A stretch of 40,976 nt of DNA, from contig NC_068982.1 of assembly GCF_001194135.2 (NCBI RefSeq), forward strand, positions 159,598,369-159,639,344, written 5' to 3'. Source of the DNA: Octopus bimaculoides (Eukaryota). This document shows positions 1 through 11,700 of this stretch, piece after piece. Made by a program: the position numbers and the translations under genes. The stretch's first letter is position 1. The number at the start of each line of letters is the position of its first letter. The notes beneath the pieces were generated by a model. That model saw nothing but the letters and a program-made list of their open reading frames with translations. It had not been told where the DNA came from and ran no database searches.

Positions 1-178
1 ATATATATATATATATATACGTAAGTCGACTATAATTCCATAAGTAAGGGAAAATATGCACTCCTATACCTGTCAATAGAGTGGGTGTATTATCTCAAGT
101 ATACAGCATTGCATATCCATGACAGTCGATTTTACCAATGGAGAGCAGTCGTCATATTTGATTCCATATCGAGTACCT

Positions 179-253
179 CTGATGAGTGTAGGGTCATATA
201 ATCAGGCTGTTACCTAACACTCTGTTGTACCCTTAACGCGAAACCGATTGGTA
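179..253 (+). ncRNA. Hammerhead-ribozyme-like core (stems II and III present, stem I not supported), possibly a Penelope pseudo-LTR relic
   Basis: CTGATGA at 179-185, then an imperfect stem II (GTGTAGGGT 186-194 pairing with ACCCTTAACGC 229-239), GAAA at 240-243, and stem III (ACC/GGT around a GATT loop) ending in GTA at 251-253. The bases before the core (TACCT) do not pair with those after the cleavage site (AAATC). Confidence 0.35.
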
Positions 254-684
254 AAATCATATCGTACATTTCGGATAGTATGTGTGTATGTGTAGGTTTG
301 TGTGTATGTGTGTGTGCGTGCGTATATATGTGTGTATATAGTAATACATACAAATTTATATTTATGAATATATATAAATATATATATTTATATGTGTGTG
401 TGTGTGTGTGTGTGCATATACAACAATCTATTTATTTATATCTACACACACACACACATGAGGCTGTACATGGAGTTCCTACGGAATTATATATGAATGT
501 ATATAGAAGTGTGTATTCGTCAGTTAAATATAACTATGTGAATGGGAATAATAAAGTTTCAAATGCATAAAAATCTGCGAATGAAGACCACAATGAGAGA
601 GTAATACATAACTGTTTGTCGATAATAAAGCTATTAATCTCATCGATACCTGAGTCATAATTATCGTGGAAAACACTCAACAGA

Positions 685-985
685 GAATCACCTGTCACAA
701 GACTTTGCTGCCCACAAGAGAGCAGTTTTTGAGCCTACTCTGCACTCATATCAATTCCAATTTCTATAACATATATCCTCTTAGCCGTAACATGTCCCAA
801 TGTAGTGCCTTGGGCAAAAAGTCGTGTCTGCGTTTATATTTCTTATTTGCATATTATGTGCATAGTGGATTCTTCTTCCGATTTACTAACTCTGCATTTT
901 GCACTCTTCTCGGATTTGTCTATTTTGGCCTTTATGATATTCGTCGGCATTGGTTGGCCTTCAGCAAACGTCATTAGTCTCTTCG
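685..985 (-). mobile_element. Decayed 3' ORF fragment of an RLE-type non-LTR retrotransposon (R4/Dong-like), internally deleted
   Basis: Manual minus-strand translation across frameshifts gives TNIIKAKIDKSEKSAKCRVSKSEEESTMHII and KKYKRRHDFLPKALHWDML (zinc-knuckle region). It is joined near 770 to EIGIDMSAE*AQKTALL, the C-terminal helix of this protein class. Confidence 0.75.
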
Positions 986-1399
986 TTATTTCTTAATAAC
1001 TTCACGAAAATATTTCTCTACGAACAGATTAAGTTATAACCTCAATAATATATTTCCTAGCAACAATATTTAAAATCCAATGCTATTTAATATTTCGTTC
1101 ATCAAATAAATATATGAATCAGATTTTAATTGTTTAAAACTCTATTACGCCGCACTGGTTTTGGAATTCCAGTACATTAAGATTGGCCGTTCACTCCTTA
1201 TCGTAAAATAATATTAACACTGCAAATTTGTAATTAGTATAAGAAAAACTATTACCAGATATATTCGAAAATGAAAAGTATTTTCCCGCTGGATAAACGA
1301 GTTTGTAATCTGCGAAAGTACTTATTTATTTACAAGTACATAATATTTGAACATTTAATCAGTAGCTATAATATAGCAATATTTAAGCTTTCTTGCCAT

Positions 1400-2320
1400 T
1401 TGTTGAGAAAAATAACTGGAAAAATATTACTGAAAACATTCAGCGTCAGATATCAATTGGCATATCCAATCAACTCTCTCCTCTTTCAAAATATAATATA
1501 TAGAAACGAAGAAAATCCCTTGAACCTTTGCTTGAAAAAATTACTTCCAGGCATTAATATTTAGTGTGGGAAATGTGCCTCAGTTTTAAATATGGAAGTG
1601 ATACATGGTAGATAAATGTACTTTTGCGGAGAAAACCAAACCTCCTGGAAAATCACATCTCACACACAACAAATTAGGAATTCTATCGACTAGTAACATC
1701 TCACTGATTATCTGTCGGATTAATAAAGCTAGCGGAAATGCTGGACAGCCTTCAAAAACTACCAGCATTACTAAAGGAAACAAAGTTCATGACGAGACTC
1801 AATGAACTAGAAAAGACAAAGTATCATTAAAGGAATTAATTAAACATACACACTATTCAATAAAGCTTATAAGAACGAGCTGGAATTTAAAAACAAAAAA
1901 GATGACAATAACTACAAAACAAAAGCTGAAAAGAATTCGTTCTCTGTTGTAAAAAAGCACATTAAGTCCAACCCGAACACACCAATCAAACTAAAATAAA
2001 AATTTGATAATTAATTATCCTTCAGACGCAACCTTCTTTTATCACAAAACAACTCACCCATAAGGATAATTACCAATAGCACTCCACTATAAAGAAATGT
2101 CTCATAGAAAATGCTATGAAACTGACAGAAATACACAAGTTAGAATAGCCGACTCCTTCACTACACAAGCGTCTGGAAAATACTAAATGCTTGAAAGTAC
2201 TATAAAAGTTGTGGCCTATCTTTAATGAAACTTACCTAATAGTAAGCGATAAACTGTATACGAAGAGAAAACACCCCATAATATCAATGAAATGACGTGT
2301 ACAAAACGCAATCGTAAACA
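1400..2320 (+). mobile_element. Heavily decayed Penelope-like element (RT to GIY-YIG remnants)
   Basis: Scattered colinear peptide remnants: YMVDKCTF (~1600, YVDD-like), SHLTHNKLGI (~1655), ETDRNTQVRIAD (~2120, YIGETxR-like) and KRKHPII (~2265). All are broken by stops and frameshifts. Confidence 0.35.
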
Positions 2321-4296
2321 GTATTTTGATCAAGAAAAGAAACTTAAGCAGTCACTTCCGGGCTGTCTGAAAATCGAGCAAAAAGATAAACACTTATGGG
2401 ACTCATTAATCAACCAAAACTACGACGATCTTAATAGAGGTTATACGGTTAGTTGAATTAATCAATTTAATTATAATTATGAATGTTACCGTTACACATC
2501 CAGCCCATATTGTTATAGAAATTGTCCTGTAAAAGATGAGGCTACAATAGTAAAGTGCTACAAATGCAATAATGGACGCCCCTATGAAAAGCACTATTCA
2601 ATAGGGAGTCACATCACAACAATTAACGGCAATCCAATTTACGAATAACATTATGTCAAAAATGCTTGAGAATGGCTCCCCAAAATTGGCTTAAATAGAA
2701 TCATTACAAAATCTAATAAAACTAATGAGTTAAATTAAAATATGCAACCTCAACAGACAACGTGAACTATCGGAATTATATTTAAAATTTTTAGTACTGT
2801 TCTTATTTTATCTTGAATCATTTGGCAAAATTTTGGATAGTCTTTCCCTTTTAAAGAATGTTTACTTCGGTCTTTAAAATAAAGAATTAATAAAATTTCA
2901 GTCTCTCTTTCCAAACATTTTTCTCACGGTACATTATATTGATTAGGTGCCTTATATTGATTAGATTGGACAGAATTTTTGAACTACGTATCATTGAAAT
3001 TGAGTTTAATTCCATAGACATCGTTATTATGTACATTAGAAAATTAGACTTCTAATTATTAAACACCGATAACCATCTCAAAAGCACGAAGTAAATAACA
3101 AAACTTCATAGGATTTTAGAAAAATCAAATAAAGAAAAAATTGAATTATTTAAATGTACACCATCCGTTTCGGAAAATTAACGTAAGAAACAACAGGATG
3201 TAAATGGAGTATTTGTTGGAGACTGCAACAAGCTATGATTTATCATAATTGCACTACCAGAGTTTCGAACGTAGGAATTTAAATAACGGTTACTCAACAA
3301 TAGATTATCTGTGAACTTTCTTATTAGCGTTGTCATTCAAATGAAAGGAAAAGAGAATTTAACTGGAATAAATGGACAGATTTCACTGTATATTTAGAAT
3401 CAAAACTGTCACTTTATAACATTACATTTTTAGTCAAAATTCATATCCCAGTTACATAAAATGTTACTATTACGCATTTCAATCTAATTAAAATCAATAA
3501 CAATGGTAATGGTGAAGAAAGCGACAATGAAAGATACATGGTAATGGAAAAAAGGCTAAGAATGATTGATGGTATAGTAAAGATAACCTGGAGTCTAGCG
3601 AAGAGGTGCGTACAAATAGTATGCGACTATACTTTTCCCGTCAAAACTAACGCCGCATTGACCGAATACTTTGGGTAGGAGAGATCATCATCCTCTTGTG
3701 CACACATGAAAATTCCTGGTAGGCCACGTCAGCTCCAGGCTTTTATGCCTATAGTATAGACGTGTAGTGCGAGCTCGTCGTATCAAACCATGCCAGAAAC
3801 CTTTTGGGATGTCATGGGCAAAATAAATTCGTAAAGTTTGTAACGAGAAGACTACAAGCTCAATCGCTTCCAAGAACGACCTTCGTTAAAGGTATGAATT
3901 ATATGTAACTGCCTGTGATATAACTGCACTTTTGTTGTAGGCACTCGGATTTCCATATTTAATGCACCTATCTAGCATGCAGCCAATTTTATTAAGTTTT
4001 AGCGACTAATCAATAAACTTCGCATACAAATATTGGTCGGTTAATAAAATGTACTAGCACCATAATGAATTCGATTTCTTCAGCAGTGACTGAACTTATG
4101 GTATGGTTATTGTTTCGGTAAAGTTCAAAATCGAATTACGTTTTAAAATAAAACATGAATAACTTCTGTACTGGACTTTGAATATCATTTATCTTACCGG
4201 ATATACATTCTTTTTCAAAACACATGTAATTAACGCAGCACATAACCTGAATAAAATAGCTAACCTTTTCTACTGGGTCTATTGTTTATATATATA

Positions 4297-4303
4297 TGTG
4301 TGT

Positions 4304-4387
<84 letters not shown>

Positions 4388-4395
4388 GTGCGCGT
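4297..4395. repeat. (GT)n microsatellite
   Basis: Directly visible near-perfect GT run. Confidence 0.95.
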
Positions 4396-5462
4396 GTGAA
4401 AAATGAAAGACAGAAGATTGGTGGAATATACGAGAATTTATCATTAATCGCTACAATTGTTTCGACGCATCTAGCATCGACTCCTCTTGTGTGGGACACT
4501 CAACAACTAGTTCAGGATCATCCAGTGTTGCAGAGGTATCGCATCGGGTGATAAATAAATACCATTCGTTTTGTAGAGAGAAAAACAGCCAGACGGAGGA
4601 TCAAAAACAAAATCACAGAGAGCAAAAAGACAAACGAACACGCAATCCAGTAGGAAATTTATTTAAAATAACCGTTAACATGTATGGATCTATGAACACC
4701 GTCGGGCAAGCTGCACGGCACACGTACACTCGCTTATACGAGCATCCGCAAAAATGTGAGCATGCGCACATGTGAGATTTAGTGCACTCCTGATAAAAAA
4801 GCGAGTTAGTTATCTACTTGGTGTTTATAAGAATGGGGAGGTTAAAAGAAAATCTAAGTCATATATACCTTGAAGTAAATTAAGTTAATTTATCCGTTTC
4901 TCAAAATTCATTCTCATTGCATTGTAAGAAAGTACATTTATATACGTGTAGGCATCTCGAGAGTCGTTCAGAAATTCTATTAACTATCTTCTCGTTAGTC
5001 CACAGAATAGACAGGGATTCCTCGGAGCAGAGACGGCATCTCCTGGAAATTATATTGTATGGTTTCGCATATCTTACTATGGACCAGTTAATGCTGTACT
5101 TCGTTCTATTCTAATTCAGTCGCCATACAAAATCTGCCAAACATGTTGACTGTCTCTTATTGATTGTCTTAAAGCTGGCAACATAGATACGATAAAGATT
5201 CTTAAATGAATCAGCCGTCTTCCCAATATAAACAAAGGGTCCCTTGTGTGCGCGGTACATTTATATACAAAATTTGTACTCATACAGAGGTTCATCAAAG
5301 GACAGAATTATTAGGCACAACATTATCAATTCGGGCAAAATACATGATAAACTCTTTGTTAGTACACCAGGCTTACAAATTATTTAGATTAGTAAAGGAA
5401 TCTGCTTCAAATTTACTACAATAAAGAAAAAGTGATGTAGTAATTATTTATATACCTTGTCT

Positions 5463-5464
<2 letters not shown>

Positions 5465-5532
<68 letters not shown>

Positions 5533-5540
5533 TATATACA
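5465..5540. repeat. (TA)n microsatellite
   Basis: Directly visible TA run. Confidence 0.95.
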
Positions 5541-5639
5541 TGGGCGTGTTATGAAAGACATTTTAAATTGTTAGAACGATTTCACCAAAAATGCTTTCAC
5601 TGCATTTTGAAAATTTAATTGGTCTTTTTTACTCCAGAC

Positions 5640-6325
5640 ACAAACGTCTTTGCCTCTGCAGACATCACTTCAATTAAATAAATGATTCTGAAAAGCCAAA
5701 TGAGATGGTATGGCCGTATTGTTTGAATGGCGGATGAACGCACGTCCAAACAGCTGTTTTATGGTGAGCTTGCAGAGAGGAAACGCAATCAATCTAAACC
5801 TAAATAGAGGCTTAAGGACGGCATAAGGACTACCATGAAGTCACTTGGAATGGATCCAAAGGTCATAGAAATCCTTTTTATCGGATCGAGCAGGATGGCG
5901 AACAAAGGTGTGAAGTAGAGGAAAGCGTTTGACGAGGCCAGGTAACACATGCAAGATTCAAGAGAAACTTAAAGAAGAATGTTGCGATCGAAAAGGTGAA
6001 TCTCAGTGCTCTTTTCTCTGTGCACAGTATGCCACAGACCATGCCTTTCTTTTCCTGGATCCAAATCTCATTTGCAGACCCATAAAAAAACGAAAATCCA
6101 CCAACAATTCTACCTATATATCTGTGCATACCTTTCAATGTTGTTTATGTCATAAGGTCTGCAAATCTAACGGATACCTCAGAATTTAACTGCAGCTCTT
6201 GGCGTTCCAAATCAGATATGCAATCTATGTGGGTGTCTTTTCAATACATTGTCTGGGTAAAAAATCCGCAGCAGACACCTTGATGGAGCTAAGGTGTAGG
6301 TATGAGAGGTGGTCAGACTCAGCAT
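5640..6325 (+). mobile_element. 5'-truncated RTE-clade LINE 3' end with three tandem C2H2-type zinc fingers
   Basis: Translation from ~5645 gives MILKSQMRWYGRIV*MADERTSKQLFYGELAERKRNQSKPK*RLKDGIRTTMKSLG (RTE C-terminal region). It is followed by CTVCHRPCLSFPGSKSHLQTH (6021-6083), CCLCHKVCKSNGYLR (~6139-6183) and CNLCGCLFNTLSG*K (~6219-6265). Confidence 0.85.
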
Positions 6326-7940
6326 ATATACACATCCATTCTTCTTGCTTTTATTCACCCTTATTTTTTTTCGTTTTTCATTCAAAGTTGTCATGCAAAT
6401 ATTATAATCCTTCCTATATATTCAATTGGTGCATTCCCTTCCTTGTTCATTCATTCATGCTATTCTTGTTATCGATTCTATTTCTCCACTTTTCCAGTAG
6501 GATGTTTACCTTGTCTGCTTCTATTATCTATTTTAGCATTTGTTTGTTTTCTGCTCTTTTACTTATATTAATATATATATATATATACATATATACATAC
6601 AAAGATCCATACATATACATATACCTGCGTATAGATATACATATGCACACCTACACGCACACGCAAGAGCGCAAGCACACACACACATTATATATGTATA
6701 CATAAACATATGTGCCAGTAAATATGTGTAAGTATGATTTTATGTCTGTATAAATATATGTATGTATATTTTCTTCTCCGCGTATCTTCATTTTCATGAA
6801 ATTTAGTTTACGGATATTTTTGTCACCATCAAAGAAAATGATTTATATTACTTTCTCCAACTTGTCATTTGGGAAATGTTTAAATTCCATACTTATCTAA
6901 AGAAATGCTATGGGCAATATTGGAGTTTGTTACATTCTGTACAAACCCATGTGATATGTTTTTTTTTTTTATCTAAATTATTTTGACGCATACAAAAGTG
7001 AAAAATAAATTTCATGCTTAAACATTAATGGGATAAAACCTGTTCAATAATATATAATTGTCGTTCTTCAAATACCTAAAGAATGCTTAAAAATTAAAGT
7101 AAATTGAGTGTTACACAGCTTCTAAAGCTTCTAAAATTTTAATAATAAAACCTCTTGGTAAATAGTTGGTTTAGGAAACAAGTGAAGCTGTGAAAATAAG
7201 TTAAAATATGACAATTGTTTTTCACCATAATATATATGTAACAAATTAGCTGTCGTACTAAGGGAATACAGCAAGGTAAAACTGACTTGCAACTAGAATG
7301 AATATTTTAAGACGTTGTTTCCTATGAATTATTTAACGCACAGTGGTGATGGGAATGGAACTACGCATTGTTTTAATGAAATAACTAATAGATAGGAGAA
7401 AAATGAATCGAAATGTTTTCGGTTTTTACAACTGTATATTGCATGCAAGGAAAAGAAGTATATGCTTTACACGTAGTACAAACAAATCTATACTCTCATT
7501 AAATTTTAACAGATAGATAAGATGTAAATTTAAAAAAAACGCATACACACAACACAATAAATTCACAAACACGTATACAAAATTAAACGCGTGTACTCGC
7601 CTTTCTGTATACAAAAATCCTCACATATATACATGCATACATAAATACATACAGACATATATACTCATATGTGTGGGTGTGTTTCTGTATGTTTATACTG
7701 TGTGAATATCGCATATGCATAAATTCCAGGACGGTAGCATATAGCTGTTAATAGGTTAATATTTGTAAATAAAGTATTGTAATAGTATTTCTTCACAAAT
7801 ATCTGGAATATTGAAATTCATAAAAATAATTTCATGGCAAAGGAAAATGAATAGGCATTTCATTTGGAACAAGTGATTCAATATAGTGCAGGAATGATGC
7901 ACATTGAGTTCTTATCAATATTAACAATAAGTACTAATAT

Positions 7941-8716
7941 ATCCTCTCCATATGGCCAAACTACCTCAACATTCGTGTATCCATTTTGGTTGTTAGTTTT
8001 CCACTCATTCCTGCTCGCCTTCGCATTTCCTCATTCCTCACCCTGTCACACAGATTATAGCCCTGAGACATCTCATCTCAAAAACATATAGTCGCCTTCT
8101 TTCCACATCTCTTCTTTTTACGTCTCTGCACCATTTAACATTGTCGGCATAATCACGCCGTCATACACACCTCATTTCGCTTTCATGCTCAATCTTTTAT
8201 CTCTCAGCATATCCTTCACAACTCCAAATATCTTGCTCCTCTCCCTCACTCTGTATCCCACTTCCTCAGACATCCCACCATCCGCTGATACATGTTATCC
8301 TAGATACTTAAAAGCAATCACCTCCTCTAACATCTCATCATTTATACTCACATCCATCTTACCAGCCATCCCATCTCTCGGACATTTCATCACGTTACTC
8401 TTAGCTACATTCACTTTCAATTTTCTTCCTCCCACATACTCTTCCAAAATTTACTACCAATCTCCTCAGTTGCACTTCCGAATCCGGCACCAGTGCTCAG
8501 CAAACAACAACTGACTCACCTTCTATTTCTCTCTGTTTTCTCCCACCATTTGGGTTTTCCTACTATATGTTCTAGCATTTACTTCTCTCGCCACACCATC
8601 CATGTATAAATTAAACAGCCACGGAGACATCACATAACCTTGTCTTAACCCCACTTTCACATCAAACCACTCACTAAATTCACCACCCACCCAAACGCAC
8701 GCCCTACATTCTCTAT
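7941..8716 (-). mobile_element. RTE-clade LINE, inverted RT-to-post-RT segment (5' part of a 5'-inverted insertion)
   Basis: The minus strand reads RECRACVWVGGEFSEWFDVKVGLRQGYVMSPWLFNLYMDGVAREVNAR, then FKYLG, then NGAET, RRRLYVFEMRCLR, DRVRNEEMRRRAG and MLR*FGHMER, ending at 7941. Confidence 0.9.
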
Positions 8717-9135
8717 GGATGAGGAGGGGATGGTTACGAGGGTGATGAAGGCAGAAGTGGTAGGTAGCAGAACCAAAGGCAGACCTCGGTTTCTGTGGAT
8801 TGATGGAGCGAGGAAATCTTTGGTGGTTACAAGTGTTAGGGTGAGAGAAGCAAGATAGTTTACAAATGATAGGAAAGCTTGGAGAGTGTTTGTGGATGAA
8901 TGAGTGAATTTGATGTTGCTCAAAGGGGTAAGGAACGAACATGATGTGCAGCGGATAAACCAGCATATGCTGTCGGGCCCCCGCTTCTGATATTGGTGGT
9001 TGAGTCCTATGGCTTGACCTGAGCATAGAACGGGGCTCGCTTCTTAGAGCTGTGGATTGTATGGAATGCCTGGCGTGTGTTTTGATTTGTCTACCCGCAC
9101 CTTAAAAAGGGAAAAGTCATGGGTATATGTATAAA
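8715..9135 (+). mobile_element. RTE-clade LINE, sense 3' segment (ORF C-terminus plus 3' UTR) of the same insertion
   Basis: One frame from 8715 to 8903: MDEEGMVTRVMKAEVVGSRTKGRPRFLWIDGARKSL...DRKAWRVFVDE*. It is followed by ~230 nt of GC-richer sequence taken as the 3' UTR; the 3' boundary is approximate. Confidence 0.85.
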
Positions 9136-9177
9136 CAAAAATAATTAATTCATAATTGTTTTATAATTAAGAGTATA

Positions 9178-9183
9178 CATACA

Positions 9184-9234
<51 letters not shown>

Positions 9235-9595
9235 GTGTGTATGTGTACACACATATAATTATAAAACAATTATGGATAAATTATTTTTGTTATATATATA
9301 TATATATATGAGANNNNNNNNNNNNNNNNNNNNNNNNNNNNNNNNNNNNNNNNNNNNNNNNNNNNNNNNNNNNNNNNNNNNNNNNNNNNNNNNNNNNNNN
9401 NNNNNNNNNNNNNNNNNNNNNNNNNNNNNNNNNNNNNNNNNNNNNNNNNNNNNNNNNNNNNNNNNNNNNNNNNNNNNNNNNNNNNNNNNNNNNNNNNNNN
9501 NNNNNNNNNNNNNNNNNNNNNNNNNNNNNNNNNNNNNNNNNNNNNNNNNNNNNNNNNNNNNNNNNNNNNNNNNNNNNNNNNNNNNGTCTCTCTAC

Positions 9596-9637
<42 letters not shown>

Positions 9638-9735
9638 GACACACAAACCCAAGCGTATACATGCATGTACACACCCACGCACTCACACACACACACATAT
9701 ATATATATAAATAGAGAGAGAGAGAGAAAAAAACT
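9178..9735. repeat. Compound (CA)/(TA)/(CT)/(GA) microsatellite cluster spanning an assembly gap (N 9314-9585)
   Basis: Directly visible. Confidence 0.9.
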
Positions 9736-11179
9736 TAGATAAATACATAGGAAGGAGAGCAGACAGGTAGATTGAAAGTATAAGAAAACTATGACTAGGA
9801 GCATACTTAGTGACACCTAGTTGTCAGTTGACCTGGCAAGTGTCATTAAAACGTAATAACAGCGTCGAAAAGAATGCCCCGAAATGGCGCTCATTCTCTG
9901 CTGATGACCCTATAACACTGCAATGCTTTCATCTTGTAACGGCTGCATCTGTAATTTGCATGTAACTGATCATGAACTGTGAAAAAACTCTGTAGTTATA
10001 TTGCAGTAATCGTTACACTTTTCCCACATAACTATCAGTAATAATACTGCATAAAATCCTTAATTATTTGTAGCAGGGATATATTATCATTGGTATGTAT
10101 TTGTATTTGGTCTGTAGAAATGAGGACTGGTTTAGAATGATTATTATTGTCGTTGTTGAAGTTGTCTCCTTCCTCGGCCTTATGATCCTTATCATAAGTC
10201 TATTGCAACTTCCACTTGCGTTGTGCAGGACAAGAGATGTGTCTCATTCTTCCTCACATCATCAGCTTTATTAGCTCTTCCACATTAACAGTACTACTTT
10301 CCTCCCTTCATGTTTCTGATATGACGTTCATGATTGAACCTGCTGTGTGTTGCACAGTGTAAATATAATGCTTCTTTTTTAGATTCCTTCAATTTATAGT
10401 CTAGCAGTATCTTATATCATTCTTTGTCTCTAACTGGGGATCAACTATTCTTTTATGTATATATCATTTTGAATAAAGAGATGACTGATGTGGATCAAGT
10501 AATATATTACTGGCAGATGAATAAAGTAGTCTAGATTTTTATGAAATCATATATTTTCTAAGAGCAATGAAATGAAAACCTGGAACCACTAATATTGGTT
10601 TACGTCTGCGGGTATGCCTTCATGGCCCATCACATTCACACGTGTAATATGTAGTTATACTGAGAATATAGGTACGGTGGCGAATCAGCAATTCAAATGT
10701 CTCTTAGTATTTAAGATATATTAATGTCTCCTTGATAGGCCATTATGTGTGTACAGCATATCTAAACGTGGAGGGTAAATAAACCATTTGAAGATTTAGA
10801 TGAAAATATTTGCAAAACTTCCAACCATTGGTTGTCATCAAGCCTCAATTTATAATTACCAAGAATATTTCAATGTGATTAATAGATCGCTTAACACGTG
10901 TGCAGGAATAATCGTGAATTCAATGTAAACTACGTGGTGTAAATCAAATTTATTGGATATTTGCGAATCAACTAGAAATGCATGCTAACACTACTTGTAT
11001 AACATAAATAATTTTCAGCTATGATATTATCTCTTGTAAATATAGAAGAAATAAATAAAACAAGGAGATAATAATACACACATTTTGGTAGTTCTGTTTA
11101 CTATGGGAAGACATACGACGGCGTATAAATATGGCAAGAAAATATGTCGAAACATGTACATCAAAAGACGTTGCCTTTA

Positions 11180-11225
11180 CATATATAAGTGTGTGTGTGT
11201 ATGTATGTAGTGTGAGTGTATGTAT

Positions 11226-11277
<52 letters not shown>

Positions 11278-11295
11278 GCATACATACATACATAT
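11180..11295. repeat. (GT)/(TA) compound microsatellite
   Basis: Directly visible. Confidence 0.9.
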
Positions 11296-11299
11296 CTCC

Positions 11300-11700
11300 A
11301 ACCCGCTGCCTTCTAGACAACAAATGTGAAGAAAAAGAACTTGTACACAAGTCCAACATCTCGGATCCCAACGGAGTACCAAAGACGTATATCGGAATGA
11401 CGGGCAACTCGTTCAAGGAAAAGTACACACAACGCATGGCATAATTCAGAGAGAAAAACGCGCAGTAACCCTATCAAATATATGGGCACTGACAGAAGCT
11501 GTAATAAGTAACCCCCAGATAAAGTGGAACATCATTGCTAAAACCAGAAAATAAATACTACGAGGTGCCAAGTGTAAACTCTGTATCACTGAAAAACTGT
11601 ATATCATCCTGAATATCAGGAATGAATTCTTCTCTTCCTGCATACAGCAGCAATATTTCACATCTAAATAGTTGAAAGAGGCCGTAAGAGGACTACCACC
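11300..11700 (+). mobile_element. Penelope-like element 3' fragment encoding a decayed GIY-YIG endonuclease
   Basis: CLLDNKCEEKELVHKSNISDPNGVPKTYIGMTGNSFKEKY (YIG motif). After a frameshift it continues TLSNIWAL...PQIKWNIIAK...GAKCKLCITEKLYII-LNIRNEFFSSC, which is typical of PLE GIY-YIG C-termini. Confidence 0.85.

Noticed and set aside
4441-4500. Minus-strand GAAACAATTGTA hammerhead-like half-site
   Set aside because: There is no CTGANGA and no convincing stem II.
4980-5200. Possible Gypsy RNase H remnant
   Set aside because: The motif similarity is too weak and no colinear RT or integrase is present.
9860-9915. GAAA...CTGATGA arrangement with an AGAATG/CATTCT hairpin
   Set aside because: The helices do not fit any hammerhead topology.
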